In this document: positions 26,104-38,505 of the stretch, in pieces
Position numbering within the stretch: position 1 is the first letter of the stretch
Layout of the letters: each line of letters opens with the position of its first letter
From: Leptogorgia sarmentosa
Taxonomy: Eukaryota
Length of the DNA: 64,000 nucleotides
Assembly (NCBI GenBank): GCA_964658305.1
Contig: OZ210885.1
Coordinates: 6,076,001 to 6,140,000 of the forward strand
Direction: 5' to 3'
Notes under the pieces: model-generated
The model's database searches: none
What the model saw: the letters and a program-made list of their open reading frames with translations, nothing else
Told to the model about the DNA's origin: nothing
Made by a program: the position numbers and the translations under genes

Positions 26104-27393
26104 CTAGGGATCCAAGGATAGTGCAAAGTTTCTAGGGCCTAGGTCGAACGTCGAACTTCTCATGCGCTGAACCTAATGCAAATGAGCTCAAACAAAGAAC
26201 TTGGCTCATTAACATTAGGTTCGGCACATGAAAAGTTCGACGTTTGACCTAGGCCTTAGAAGGCATTAAAATCATATTTTTTAAAAGAAAACTAAGGAAA
26301 CATTGTTGACGTGATACGAGAAAATAATCACTATTTTATTGTCTGGAAGCAACTGCCATCGCAGCAGCGCGCGTGTAAAGCAAATCAGATAAATCTCTGA
26401 CCTCTGACCTTTTTGAAATTATATACACATCGTACTGAACAAATGATCTTAAATGAGTTAAATCACAATGTGGCACGCTACTTCTGCGTCTTAATAATAT
26501 ATCCAGTTTATTCACAGTATCAGCCAACGTTAAATTTACTTTTGTATGCCTATATGTGGTTTAGTTCATTCTGTAAATCCCCGGTATTTTCGGGCAAACA
26601 AACAGCCCAAGCTTAGTGATGCCGTCGACCAGTGTTGTCGAGTCGGAGACGGCAAAAACAAACACGAAAGCTATAAATGTGAAAGCTCGCAAATATGTTG
26701 CCTATCATCAACCAATTTAAAATATGTGATGAGTTCTACTGTGTTACAGATCTTAGTTTGCCCGCAATGTTGGCCAACTAAATTTTTAATATAAATACGC
26801 ACGGCGGCTGTTAACAGTACTAAATTGTCCATGACAAATACAAGTTTTCTACAGAAATGATAATAAATTCAAATCTCTAGATTCATTGCTGATATAAAAA
26901 GAACATTTTAACTGCTTTATCAACGTATTCAAACATGTTGGTCACATTATATTATCATCATACTGGATTACTGATTCACGGCCCCACTCTTAGCGTCCGC
27001 CATATTGTGTAATTTCATTCCCCAGAAGTGCTGAGTTGCAATTTTTGCAAAAACTGAAATTCCGGAGGGGCGTCCGCCATTGTGTACTGTATTTCTGCGC
27101 GCTTCTTTAATCACATTTCACTTCTAACAAACTTTCATATCAATGAGAACAACTGCAAATAATGATGAGCAACGATATATAACTGCAATCGAATATTTTT
27201 TGTTCAAACATTTCAAGGATATCAGTCAAATACCGAGTTTCGCATGTCAGGAGAATTTGGGACGCTCCCCCCGGAGTTTACACTATGAATGACTGAATGA
27301 CTACATGACTACATGACTACATGACTGATGTGAATTTTCGCCACTCATCACAATACTGCAAAGTTTCTTTGAAACTTTGCACTAAAAACAAAA
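26104..27393 (-). mobile_element. Helentron-associated non-autonomous element (HINE/DINE-like), copy 1
   Basis: SubTIRs TAGTGCAAAGTTTC / GAAACTTTGCACTA, inner partial palindrome, (ATGACTAC)n microsatellite, CTAG end in a T-run; homologous to 42786-44072. Confidence 0.65.
26136..26255. mobile_element. Palindromic PIF/Harbinger-type MITE
   Basis: GGCCTAGGTCGAACGTCGAACTT...AAGTTCGACGTTTGACCTAGGCC, flanks TAG/TTA. Confidence 0.65.
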
Positions 27394-27507
27394 CGCATAG
27401 TATAGATTAATATTAAGATTTATATATTTTTTAGAACTTTTACATTTTGTTGGGAATATAAAATTATGCTGGGGTAAAAACTTAACATTGAATTCTGTGT
27501 CTCAGAG

Positions 27508-28062
27508 TCAGTTTCGTTTAACGTAAACAATCTGTCTTTCGTTAGGTAAAATATTTGTTCGTAATCTTAAGTCCTCCGGCATTAATTGATGAAGATCCAA
27601 TAGAAGATAGCCATAGGGTCTTTTTGTAGCATCGTTAAATGATTCTAGCAAATAACCGACATTGTTGGGATACATTTGACGTGCCAATGTCGTAATACCA
27701 AGTGAATCTCGAGGGTTTCGGAATATCAGCATGTAGTGAGAATTTAAGCTGATTGTCCTCGAAAGCTTACCAGGAGGAAATAGGTTTTGAGTAAGGAATA
27801 AAACAGATATTCCACGATGATCCACTGTAAAAAGGTCAGCTACGCGTTGATCATTAGAGCACTGCGACATTAGGTCGTCCAAAATCACCAGCGAATTGTC
27901 ATGCGCCTCTGTCATGTCATACAAGTTGTTTGGAAATCCCTGAACGAACTGTATGTTCGGTAAAGCCTCCGATAATTCGTCAAATTCTTTTTGAAACTCT
28001 CCAAAGCAATATATTACTTTAGAAGGTACAGAAAAAAACAGTTCCTCCAGGTTTCGTAACAT
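27508..28062 (-). pseudogene. Polinton/adintovirus A32/FtsK-like packaging ATPase lacking its Walker A N-terminus
   Basis: LVILDDLM (Walker B), HRGISVLFLTQNLF, RTISLNSHY, FRNPRD, PYGYLLLD, RLRTNI. Confidence 0.85.
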
Positions 28063-28360
28063 TGAGCGTTAAATAACAAGGGTTAAATAAGCCATAGCTC
28101 GACCAAAATTAACTACATTGATCTCGTAAAAAACTGTCGCGATATCTGGAGAACATGCAAGTATTGACCGATACATAGATTCGTGCTCGTCAAGTAAATA
28201 GTTTATATAATACGATAACATTCTCATATCAATGTCCACGTTATTTTTTTGAAGTTCATCCAACATTACCTCCATTCTACACTCAAACATAGACAAAAAT
28301 GAATGCATAAAAGTAAAAACGTGTTTATTTAAAATATGAAATACATAAGCAATAAGCCGA

Positions 28361-28900
28361 CTACTTAATGTTCATGGCTTGAAAACTTTGTGCTACATTA
28401 TCAACACAGTCATTATAATAGTTCCGTTTCTCTCTGCTCATCTTACAATGTTGCTCGGACATGGAAAAGTTGACCGGCTGTAGCGACCCGCATCCATCCT
28501 CGGGTACCCATTCGAAATATCGACACGAGTTCTCCTTCCCGTTTGGAAAGGTGAAGAACATACGACCCTTGTTGACGCCCTTTTTCTTAACCTTGAGAGT
28601 TGCACATGGAAACCCATGGTTACAGCTCGGCCGCATCACTGGTTGTACATCGCCCCACACCCAAAAGGAACACGGATTCCTCTTATCGGAACACACGAAA
28701 TACGGTCTTCCATAGCTCTCTTTCATCAGATCTTTAACCATGTGCATCTTTGCAAGTTTACCGTGTCCACCACACATCGGCTGTGGTTGATTCGTGGATC
28801 TCCAGGCATCAATCGCTTTTTCAAACATATATCCCTCGTCTTCCGAGCAGAAGAAATGACATGCTCTCAAGCAGGCTCTCCGTGCAAACACTTCATCGTT
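28361..28900 (-). pseudogene. GRF zinc-finger protein (copy 2)
   Basis: FEKAIDAW..CGGHGKLAKM..YGRPYFVC..CSFWVW..NKGRMFF..CRYFEW. Confidence 0.75.
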
Positions 28901-29003
28901 CAGGACAAATGTAACTAATATTTTCAAAAACCATGCACACTTATATACTTTTTTTTTCTCACTTATATGTCACTTCCGATCACGTGTTCATAAATCCAGC
29001 TAA

Positions 29004-29460
29004 TCAGCAACCTCTATTTTCTTTCCAGTACGATAAATAGTTCAAAACGGAATCGAACATGGTATTGTCAGGGTCAAGGTGAAGTTCCATTAAGGAATGC
29101 ACCAGTGAAGAGTCAGGATCGCGTTCGAGATCCCTTAAATGATCGACAATACTATTATGGTAGTTTAGTTTCAAGATCCTTAACGCTTCTAAAAAAAGCC
29201 GCCATATTATACGCTTGCTGTTCACTCACTCTATTGCCTCCAAGCCGTACGTTAACCATTTTTCTTCCATCGTCAACATAAGACAATCATGCCTTCGTTG
29301 ACTGGGATGATCAACCTCACACCCACAGCATCTCTCTCTACTAAGTTTGTGAACTTCATCAGAAACACTCCAAGCGAAAATCGTCTCTAACAAATTACAT
29401 AGTTTCTTGTAGTTTGCAGAAGAAACTTCATCAACAAAAACTTTGCTTGCAAACGTCGGC
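29004..29460 (-). pseudogene. CxGC..HPSQ protein (copy 2)
   Basis: Minus strand reads RERCCGCEVDHPSQRRHDCLML..WLTYGLEAIE. Confidence 0.65.
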
Positions 29461-29914
29461 TTTAGAAAAACTCATTTTTCGCGTTTCGAAAATCTCAGTA
29501 TAATAAAAAACAGTATCCAAACGGCTCTACTTATAGTTTACCGAGTATGCAAATGAATGAATTAAAATATCGTACACCAATCAATCATTGGCGTCAACAT
29601 TTGAATTGGGTGGGCGTAGCGTACGTTCGCCTCAACTCATTAAATCAGCGTACACTAAACAATGCCGTAACGCCTCAGCAATCTCAGTATCATACATTAG
29701 CGTTGAAACATAGAAGCGTGCAAGCATTTATACTTCAACTCGCTCACAGTGAACAAGTCATATAGAGGTTTAATAATGGAACATCTTTTCAACCAAATAT
29801 ACTTGGACGACATTAAAAATCTTAAACACCTCAGCGAAACAAAACTAGTGGAAGTTATAACAACTGAATTTATACTGGTAAAAAAGTAAAGTTAAAGGAT
29901 AACACTAATTTCAT

Positions 29915-31035
29915 TTAGGTATCTATATATTTGATTAAAAACCTCTCTCTCAAGACTTTGCTTATTACCGGCAGAATGGATATTGGTCGATAATTTTCAC
30001 ATTTACTTCTATTTTCGGATTTATAAATAGGGATTACTCTAGCCAATTTCCATTCATCTATATATATGCCAGATTTCAGAGACATGTCAAAAAAGGCTGT
30101 AAGTGATGGTGCAATTATGTACGATGACATTTTTAGAATTTTGGCAGGTATATTATCCATTTCAGTTGCCTTAGAAACTTTTAAATCACTTAAACTTGTG
30201 GCAACATTGTTTACATTAATATCGGCAAATTTAAAACATATGTCAGGGTAGCGTTCGATGTTTGCTTCAGGCATTTGGTCGTCACTCGAAATGTTATATA
30301 ATTGTTCTGATTCAGTTGCAATGTTGATTCCAACATTTATGAAATAATCATTGAAGGATTCAGCAATAGATTTATCGTCCGAAATGATATCATCATCGAT
30401 AATAAGCTGTTTAACGCTGGTTTGTTTTCCCTTTCGGCCTAATAAAGTATTTATCAGGGACCAACTTTTTTTAACATCTTTAGAGGAGTCCTGAATTTTT
30501 TCGCAGAAATATTTTGATTTTGCCTGCCGCATCTGTATATTCACTTTATTTCGTTCAGATTTGTATAATTCCCATTGGGCATGTGAATCATGTTTAACTG
30601 CCTGTTTTTTATGGAAGTCTCTCTTTCTCATAAGCTGTTTGATATTAGGAGTAATCCACGGAACAGGATTATCCTTTAACCTCTTACTTCGAAGAGGGGC
30701 ATGTCTGTCAAGAGCTTCGAGAAAGAGCGATTTCCACAATTGCCAGCAAATATTCGGATTCTCAGATTGAGTTACAATATGCCAGGGAAGCAGTGATATG
30801 TCTTGAATAAAATCGATTTCAACGAAATTTTTGAAATTGCGGACTTCCCTGGCAATTTTTCTAGACTTCGGTAGAATAAATTTTCTTACAAAGTAGACCA
30901 AACTGTGGTCAGATATTCCAAGGTGAATAACACCGGATTCTGAAATATATTCCGGTCTATTTGTCAAGATCAGATCAATTAAAGTTGCTGATGTTGGTGT
31001 TACTCTCGTTGGCTCAGTTATTAGTTGCCGGAGGC
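29915..31035 (-). mobile_element. CR1/L2 LINE fragment (end of endonuclease to start of RT)
   Basis: QLITEPTRVT..TLIDLILTN..ISDHSLV..PWIT..EWKLARVIPIYK..NYRPISILP. Confidence 0.9.
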
Positions 31036-31079
31036 GGTCCTTCCGTGGATATGGAGATGGTCGCATGGGAGCACGCTGC

Positions 31080-31210
31080 ATCTTTCGACTTATTTTAAAC
31101 TTTCCTTCTTCTTTAACATCTTGATACAGCCGCTCTACTCCACCAAGTCCTCCCGCACATTTCGAATCGTAATAAACACTCGATAAGTACTCATGTCCAT
31201 GATGACACAT
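31080..31210 (-). pseudogene. N-terminus of Polinton retroviral-like integrase
   Basis: YLSSVYYDSKCAGGLGGVERLY resembles the YY.P....FGG...LY start of Polinton integrases. Confidence 0.6.
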
Positions 31211-31245
31211 AAAATGAAAAGTATGTTAAGCAATGTTACCCTTTT

Positions 31246-31410
31246 TATTCATCATTGGGTTCAACAGGTTGTGGTTCAACAGGTGTAATTTTCGCATAGT
31301 TTTTAATGGTTTTACTGTTATAGCCCATTTGTAAATGTCCCTCTAAATTAAGATCATTTCGACCAACGCTTAAACCAATTTTAAACATTTTCAGTTTATT
31401 ATGGTTTTCC
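31246..31410 (-). pseudogene. MGxxxSK-family protein (copy 3, 5'-truncated)
   Basis: NHNKLKMFKIGLSVGRNDLNLEGHLQMGYNSKTIKNY..VEPQP. Confidence 0.65.
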
Positions 31411-31935
31411 AGTATTCCCCCAGTTTGTTACAGCACAAGGATGGGTAACGGGCATCGACGCGTCACGCAATAACATCGCCGCCATCAACATACAAGCGAT
31501 TCTGGAATCATTTCCGAACGTGACAGCAATTAACCTCCATTATAACCCCATTACATGCATCACTGGACCACCCCTGATAATCATAGGTAGCGACTGTCCT
31601 CTCTGATCAACGGTTCCCTCCACATCTCAGATATATAATGTCACTACATATTCTACAATCCAACCCTCTATACCCAAAACCACTACTTCCCCGACTACTT
31701 CAACCATCATCCCCACAACAGTCCCCATTGGCAGCAATACATCAACTTCTTTGTTATTCATCATCGTCCCTGTGTGCCTCGTTTGTGTCCTGTGTGTTTA
31801 TCGCGCACTGAAACGCCGCCCAGCTCGTCCATCCAACTGGTCCACCCAACTCGTTCCAACTGGTAAACCTCCACGGATCCACCGAAACTTTCAATTCATT
31901 TTCATCCGACGATAGTGAAAACATTTGGTACACTC
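31410..31935 (+). pseudogene. LRR-stalk-TM gene (copy 3, 5'-truncated)
   Basis: Close nucleotide similarity to 11321-11790. Confidence 0.75.
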
Positions 31936-32886
31936 ATGACTTAACATTTTTACTTGTTGTATTTCGGGTCGAGTCGCTAGGTCTATGGTAGGGTTTACTT
32001 GTTGTAATTCGAGGTCGAGTCGCTAGGTCTATGGTTGAAACTAAAGTCTTGAGTGATAACGAGGATTGAGGGGTGATTAGAAACTTAGAAACTAGAAATA
32101 CATATATGCAGCAATCCCTCGCCTTACTGACCAATTAATGCAACTATATTTTTGGAACATGAAGTACTTCGAATGCCGCCTGAGGTTGTTGTCATGGCAA
32201 CACGATCGGAAATTCATATTTCTGTATTTTTCTTAAAACAATTAAAATATCAGCTTTATCTTTGTTTTATTGGCTTTTTTTATAATTTGGAGATCCATTT
32301 GTTAACCGTACGTTATTAGGAGTAATATAAACTTGAATTTGGTGCAAAATACTACATTTATTTGCATAAAACGGTTTAATTAAGTCAGTCTTTGATATGA
32401 AACAATTTCCAACCAATGTTCGCTCGTGTTCTTTTGGGGTAAAGTTTGTAAATATTTTGTGAAGTCCTGCCTTTAAAATGATAAACTTATACTCTGGAAT
32501 TGAGCCGTGAATAGATTAAATGCGGCTACGGCGACGTTTCATACAAATAGTAGACTGTAGATAGTATTAAATACGCAAAACAAATGTTCACTGCTGACAA
32601 CATATTGACGAACTTATCTTGTGTTTCAATCCGTAGTCGCTTGTTCCCTTTTCTCAGCGTTTTATATCTTCTGAGAAGGCTTTTCAAGTCTTACAGCGTA
32701 GATCTTGTCTTTGTTTTTGCCTTTCCAAAGGACCAAAAGCTTAAAAAGCTTCGGCTCTTCATGATAGTCCACCATAATTTTGAGATCAGTGATGACCACC
32801 CTTACACATTTTGCTCTTACACCTTGACCCAAAATGGCCGCCAAATCGAGCAACTTTGGATCCGCCATGCATAATTATTACCCTCG

Positions 32887-33362
32887 CCCATTACATGCAT
32901 CACTGGACCACCCCTGATAATCATAGGTAGCGACTGTCCTCTCTGATCAACGGTTCCCTCCACATCTCAGATATATAATGTCACTACATATTCTACAATC
33001 CAACCCTCTATACCCAAAACCACTACTTCCCCGACTACTTCAACCATCATCGTTTGTGTCCTGTGTGTTTATCGCGCACTGAAACGCCGCCCAGCTCGTC
33101 CATCCAACTGGTCCACCCAACTCGTTCCAACTGGTAAACCTCCACGGATCCACCGAAACTTTCAATTCATTTTCATCCGACGATAGTGAAAACATTTGGT
33201 ACACTCATGACTTAACATTTTTACTTGTTGTATTTCGGGTCGAGTCGCTAGGTCTATGGTAGGGTTTACTTGTTGTAATTCGAGGTCGAGTCGCTAGGTC
33301 TATGGTTGAAACTAAAGTCTTGAGTGATAACGAGGATTGAGGGGTGATTAGAAACTTAGAAA
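32887..33362 (+). repeat. Near-identical duplicate of 31547-32092 with a ~70-bp deletion
   Basis: Direct sequence comparison. Confidence 0.9.
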
Positions 33363-34874
33363 TTACAGCATGGGGGTGGTCACAATCTTTGATGGGGATT
33401 AAGATTGTTATGTAAATTTACTGAACGTAAATTAGGAAACCACAAAGACAGCTCCGTGCCATTTACACGCATGATGTTGTTCCTTTCAAAAATGATAACA
33501 CGAACCCAATATAATTTTGTAGATGGATAAATGCGGTTGATGCTCGTAACGCTTTGTCGCTACAATCCATGAGACCAAAAAATTTTAGCTCTCAACATGA
33601 CATAGCACACGCAAGAACAAAAAGAAGTGTGGTCACAGCGAAAAGAAACATTGTCAAAGTTTTCATACTACAATCTAACTAAGAAAGGTTAAGTTCCTTG
33701 TTTTATACAAGTGATATTTAATAGTTTAATTTTCTGTCAAACCAAAACATATGTTGAGCTATGCATATAAGTATGAGAAAATTCATTTGTTTGTGTTTAT
33801 TAACAAAAACAAAATTCTACCACTATGCATAATTATGAGAAAATTCATTTGTTTGTGTGTATTAACAAAAACAAAATTCTACCGCACGTCAATATTTATT
33901 ATTTTTGCAAAATAATTTGTAAATAACATGTTAAAAACTCTGTGTGCATGCTGTGTAATCATTTCAATTGAACATTTGTGGTGTAAACATGGAATGGGAA
34001 GACATTGTTAAAGATTGGTTATCAAAAAATCAAGGGACTCTTGCATTACAGAGTTAATAGATAATTTAGTGAAAGCTAGCGCCATAGACCAATTGCGAAA
34101 CTTAGTGACCGCACCTCCGCAAATCACGAAAGGGAGGCTTATTATGCAAACAACAATAAATCTATTGTTCACTTTGTCTCAAAGTTTCGTAGCGTTTCAT
34201 TGAGTCTCTCGCAGTTTTCTCTGGTTTCCGCAGTTTTCTAGATACTTTTTTAGCTTTTTTCAATCAATTATCTTAGTTAGTAGAATAGGTTAGTCTTGTT
34301 TTCAATTTGCGGTATCAGCAATTGTTTTGGCGGCGTGTGCCAGTGAAAATATCATGGAGAAAGTCCACACAAAGTCGGGTGAGTCAACTTTTTTTGCAAA
34401 TAAATTTTTATGAATCTTTTCCACCATTGTCTGGACATTACATCATTATTTTGAAACAATTTGTGAATTTTTTCCGCGATAATTACATAATTTCCGGTGT
34501 AAATATTTACGTTTTTTGCTACTCAAAAATGAAGGTCAACGGTCAAACATCGCCGCCATTGTGCATACTTTTAAAATGGCATAATTTTTGTACTTTATCC
34601 AGCAGAAATGACAATATTTTATAACTCAACAACACGACAATGAGTCGAAGTTTTAGTTTGTACCTAGGAGATGAAATATCTTGTAGATTTTGTGTTTAAT
34701 TTTCGTTGTTGTACTTGTACTGACGTCCGATGACGACGCCAGCGCAAAGAAAATTTTATATCTTCATGGTTGACTTGCACTTGTCAACCACCTAGTCATA
34801 CTCGTAAATTTATCTATCACTTGTTTAATTTTTATCTTGTATTTTTTCACAGTGTATTTTGTTTGTCTTTTTCT

Positions 34875-36435
34875 ATAAAGGTGGCCAGGACGAGAGCGAA
34901 CACATTCTTCCTGAAGATATACCTGGGAGTGAATTGGATTTATCGCGCCTGGCATCCTATCGAGTCGAGCAGTTGAAATTTTGGCTTTCTTGTCGAGGAG
35001 ATTCCCTGAAGAATTTACCAACTAAAGCTGCTTGTGTTCAAAGGTACAGCAAAACTTGTTTGTGTATAGTTACTTTACAGTAATTCAATTTAAATAGTCA
35101 AATACTGTATTGTACGAATAGTTTGTAACATAAGCGAAGTTTTTTACCTACTAAGGTATTTGTTTACAGTGTTTAGGGTCTGATTTGAGTAAAAATTCTG
35201 TCATTGCAGAATCAATAACTATGTGGAGCATGGCCAAGAAAATAAACTGATTGATCCTAGTGCTGATAAAGTGTATATTCAAGGGAAAGTGCTGAGACAA
35301 GAGAAAGCTCCAATTCTGCAAACGAACTTAACTACTGTCCCCAACTCAGTTGGGTGTATGAAGGGTGAGAGTGAAATATTTTATTTTAATTAAACATGTG
35401 ATGCCATGTATTCAATCGTATCTTTACTTTAATTTTTGTTGTTGTTAATGTATGTAAGAGATAAAGCCAGGAAAAGAGCAGGGTATATGTCATAAACGGC
35501 CCTGACGTACGCCCCTGATGACCCACAGCAACCAAGGCCTTATATGAGATAAACCCAGACAGTTTACTGCCTCTTTATTAACTAAGTAACATCCACAGGC
35601 TGTCAAGCTGTATGTAATATACAATCCATGGTACATCAAAGAATACCAACTTTTTCTTGATTTTTCTTTCTTTCTTTACTCATGTAGGTAATTATTGGAA
35701 AAGTACAAATATGTTACAGTGGTCAAAATCTCTTTTGGAACTCCCTGTATTAACCATCAATGAAATAGAAGATTACTTCAAATATTCGGGGAAAACAGGG
35801 AAAACTCAAAAATGAGCTGACAACCTTCTACTTGACAATTTCTTGGATAGTGTTTCATGTGCTCATGATAGTAACTTTTTCTACATCAAAGCAGTTTGCA
35901 GTGCTTCCTACACCAAGAGTCAATACCATTAATGAAGTTGCTCCTTCTCACTGTCAAATGCCCAAGTGAAGTATGCCTATTGTACATGTAAAGCTGGACA
36001 AGGTGGATTTTGCAATCATGTTTATGCCCTATTAAAATTGACAGCTCAATTTGTTCTTGACAAATTAGATGAAATTCCATCACAGCTTCCATGCACATCA
36101 AGACCCTGTGGTTGGACAGTTCCGAAAGTTGAAAGATGGATGTCAGGAAGGAGACCGTAATGGAAACAATAATTAAAAAACCTAAATTGGAAAAAAAAAA
36201 GCACAAGCTGGGGTGAAATGTACTCTTTATGAGGCAAGTTCCAGTGAACAACAACAATTCAATATCAATGGCATTTTTGAGATGAAAGAGACTTTGAAAC
36301 GAGAAAATCAAAACATTCCAATTGTAAATGCATTGCAAAACTCAGTTCCCCTAGATGGATGGTGTGAAACAAAATTTGGAAAGGTTCCTGTATTTTCTCC
36401 ACTCGCTTACCAGTGTAGTAAACTTGGCAATAGAT
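34875..36435 (+). pseudogene. Spliced SAP-like + SWIM zinc-finger gene, probably a transposon accessory ORF (ISL2EU/Kolobok type), truncated
   Basis: VEQLKFWLSCRG; YCTCKAGQGGFCNHVYALL; LPCTSRPCGWTVPK; GT-AG introns. Confidence 0.55.
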
Positions 36436-36436
36436 T

Positions 36437-38368
36437 GCAGTTGGGGGAATCCTCAAATGCTGACGGGTGTACATCGCCCCACATCCAGAATGAACACAGT
36501 TCCGATTTACGGGAGCATACGAAAAACGGTCTTCCATAACTTAGTTAAGTCAAATCTTTCACAACCCTCATTTTGGCTGGTTCACCATGTCCAGTGCAAC
36601 ATGGTTGGGCGCTCTTCAAAGCATGCCACGCTTTGATCGCTTTTTCGTATAAAAACTCTTCATCTTGTCTACATACACTGCGACCCACGGTATTAGTTTG
36701 GTATGATATTAGTGCATTGTACATTACATATTAGGAGGATTAGACATAATACAGGTGAATTTTGTTTGGTTCATGGTAGAAACAATGTTGCAATGATTAC
36801 ATTTCATATTAGTCACGTGACAACAAAATCCAGGTGTTCCTCCGTAAAAGAGGTGGTCCACGCTATTAGTTTCATAAATTGCCGAGCAATATGGGAAGCA
36901 GAAAAGAACTAACCTAAGCCAGGAACGCAATTATTATAAAAGAAACAGCAATAGGCAACACAACAAAAGCAATTTTTGAAAGATTTAATCGTGGTATTGC
37001 GACAGTGACAAGATTTTCGCAAAATCCATATTTCAAGAGGAAACTTTATGCTGATCGTGGCTATTAAAGCCAGTGTCAAAGCGGGATACAAGTTGAGTAA
37101 CGAGTAAGTTGCGTAGAATGTCTCCACAGCAAGTGGAAAATTTTCAAAGAAAGTTGGTCTGCTCGATGTTGCAAAAACCGCTCGCAATCGTGGACCTGCC
37201 AAGATAGGTTCCATCGAGTATATGAAGAAATGCTTTACTTTGACTGCTAGACACAACAATGTCAGGATGGAATGGGCAAGAAAATATATGAGGACGGACG
37301 CAATGTTTGTTCTTTTTACTGACAAATCAAGGGCGACACTAGATGGTCCAGATGGCTGGAGTAAAGGATGCAATGAGGAATGCCCTAGGGGGTGAGACGC
37401 CAACATGGTGTTGGAGGAATATAAATAGGCGTGGAATCATCGGATATACGCTCACTAGTCCCTTCTGTGTGCCTGATGGTCTGAAGTTGTCTTCTGCTAC
37501 GTATTGTCCTTTCCTGAAGAAATCCCTTGAGTCACGATTGGACAAACTTCCTTTAGCGACAAATGAAGAAGATTACCTTAACGCATGATAATAGCAAAGG
37601 CAACAACGCAATTTCTTCAGTCATTTGGAATTGTGAACGAAATCGTAATGGTTCAGCAACTAAACTCGCCAGAGTTGAACCCAATTGAGAACTTGTGGTC
37701 GATAAGAAAACATCATGTTTATATCGTCTCGATGGAACCTATCTTAGCAGGTCCACCATTGCGAGTGGTTTTTGCAACATTGAGCAGTCCAGCTTTCTTG
37801 GAAATTTTTCCACTTGCTGCTGGAGGCATTTTATGCAACTTACTCGCTACTTTAACTCGTATCCCGCTTTGACACTGGCTTTAATAGCCACGATCAGCAT
37901 GAAGTTTCCCCTTGAAACATGGATATTGAAAAATCTTGTCACTGTCGCCTAACGTGACGATTAAATCTTTCAAAAATTGCTTTTGTTGTGTTGCCTATTG
38001 CTGTTTCTTTTATAATAATCGCTTTCCTGGCTTAGGTTAGTTCTTTTCTACTTCCCATATTGCTCGGCAATTTATGAAACTAATAGCGTGGACCACCTCT
38101 TTTATGGAGGAACACCTGGATTTTGTTGTCACATGACTAATATGAAATGTAATCATTGCAACAACGTTTCTACCATTAACCAAACAAAATTTACCTGTAT
38201 ATTATGTCTAATCCTCCTAATATGTAATGTACAATGCACTAATATCATACCAAACTAATACCGTGGGTCGCAGTGTATAAAATTACAGCTAGGAATCTGC
38301 TTGCAAAACCAAAATGATCGCTTTTGTGTTACTGTGTGATTGGCCGGTTCCCCGTGTAAGCACTTTAT
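36437..38368 (-). pseudogene. GRF zinc-finger gene (copy 3) split by a Tc1 insertion
   Basis: KCLHGEPAN..SFWFCKQIPSCNF (38276-38368) continues as CRQDEEFLYEKAIKAW..YGRPFFVC..CSFWMWGD (36437-36673). Confidence 0.75.
36676..38275 (+). mobile_element. Tc1-like element with ~545-bp TIRs and an internally deleted transposase
   Basis: TA|CACTGCGACCCACGG ... CCGTGGGTCGCAGTG|TA; core LFTDKSRATLDGPDGW and NSPELNPIENLWS. Confidence 0.9.
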
Positions 38369-38505
38369 CTTTCTAACAGTCTCTAATTACGAAAACAGCT
38401 ACCCACTCCTTTTATAACCCCCTTATGGCGTGTATGCGGTCAAAAGCGGTATGCGGTCGACTAGACAGTGATCATAATGACGTTTGCACACAATCACCCA
38501 TTATA

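Noticed and set aside
29915..31210. 431-aa ORF as a real integrase-LINE fusion gene
   Set aside because: Chance in-frame junction of a Polinton integrase N-terminus with a truncated LINE fragment; neither catalytic domain is complete.
36909..37952. Paired similar ORFs on opposite strands (SMEPILAGP..)
   Set aside because: They are the two arms of the Tc1 TIR.
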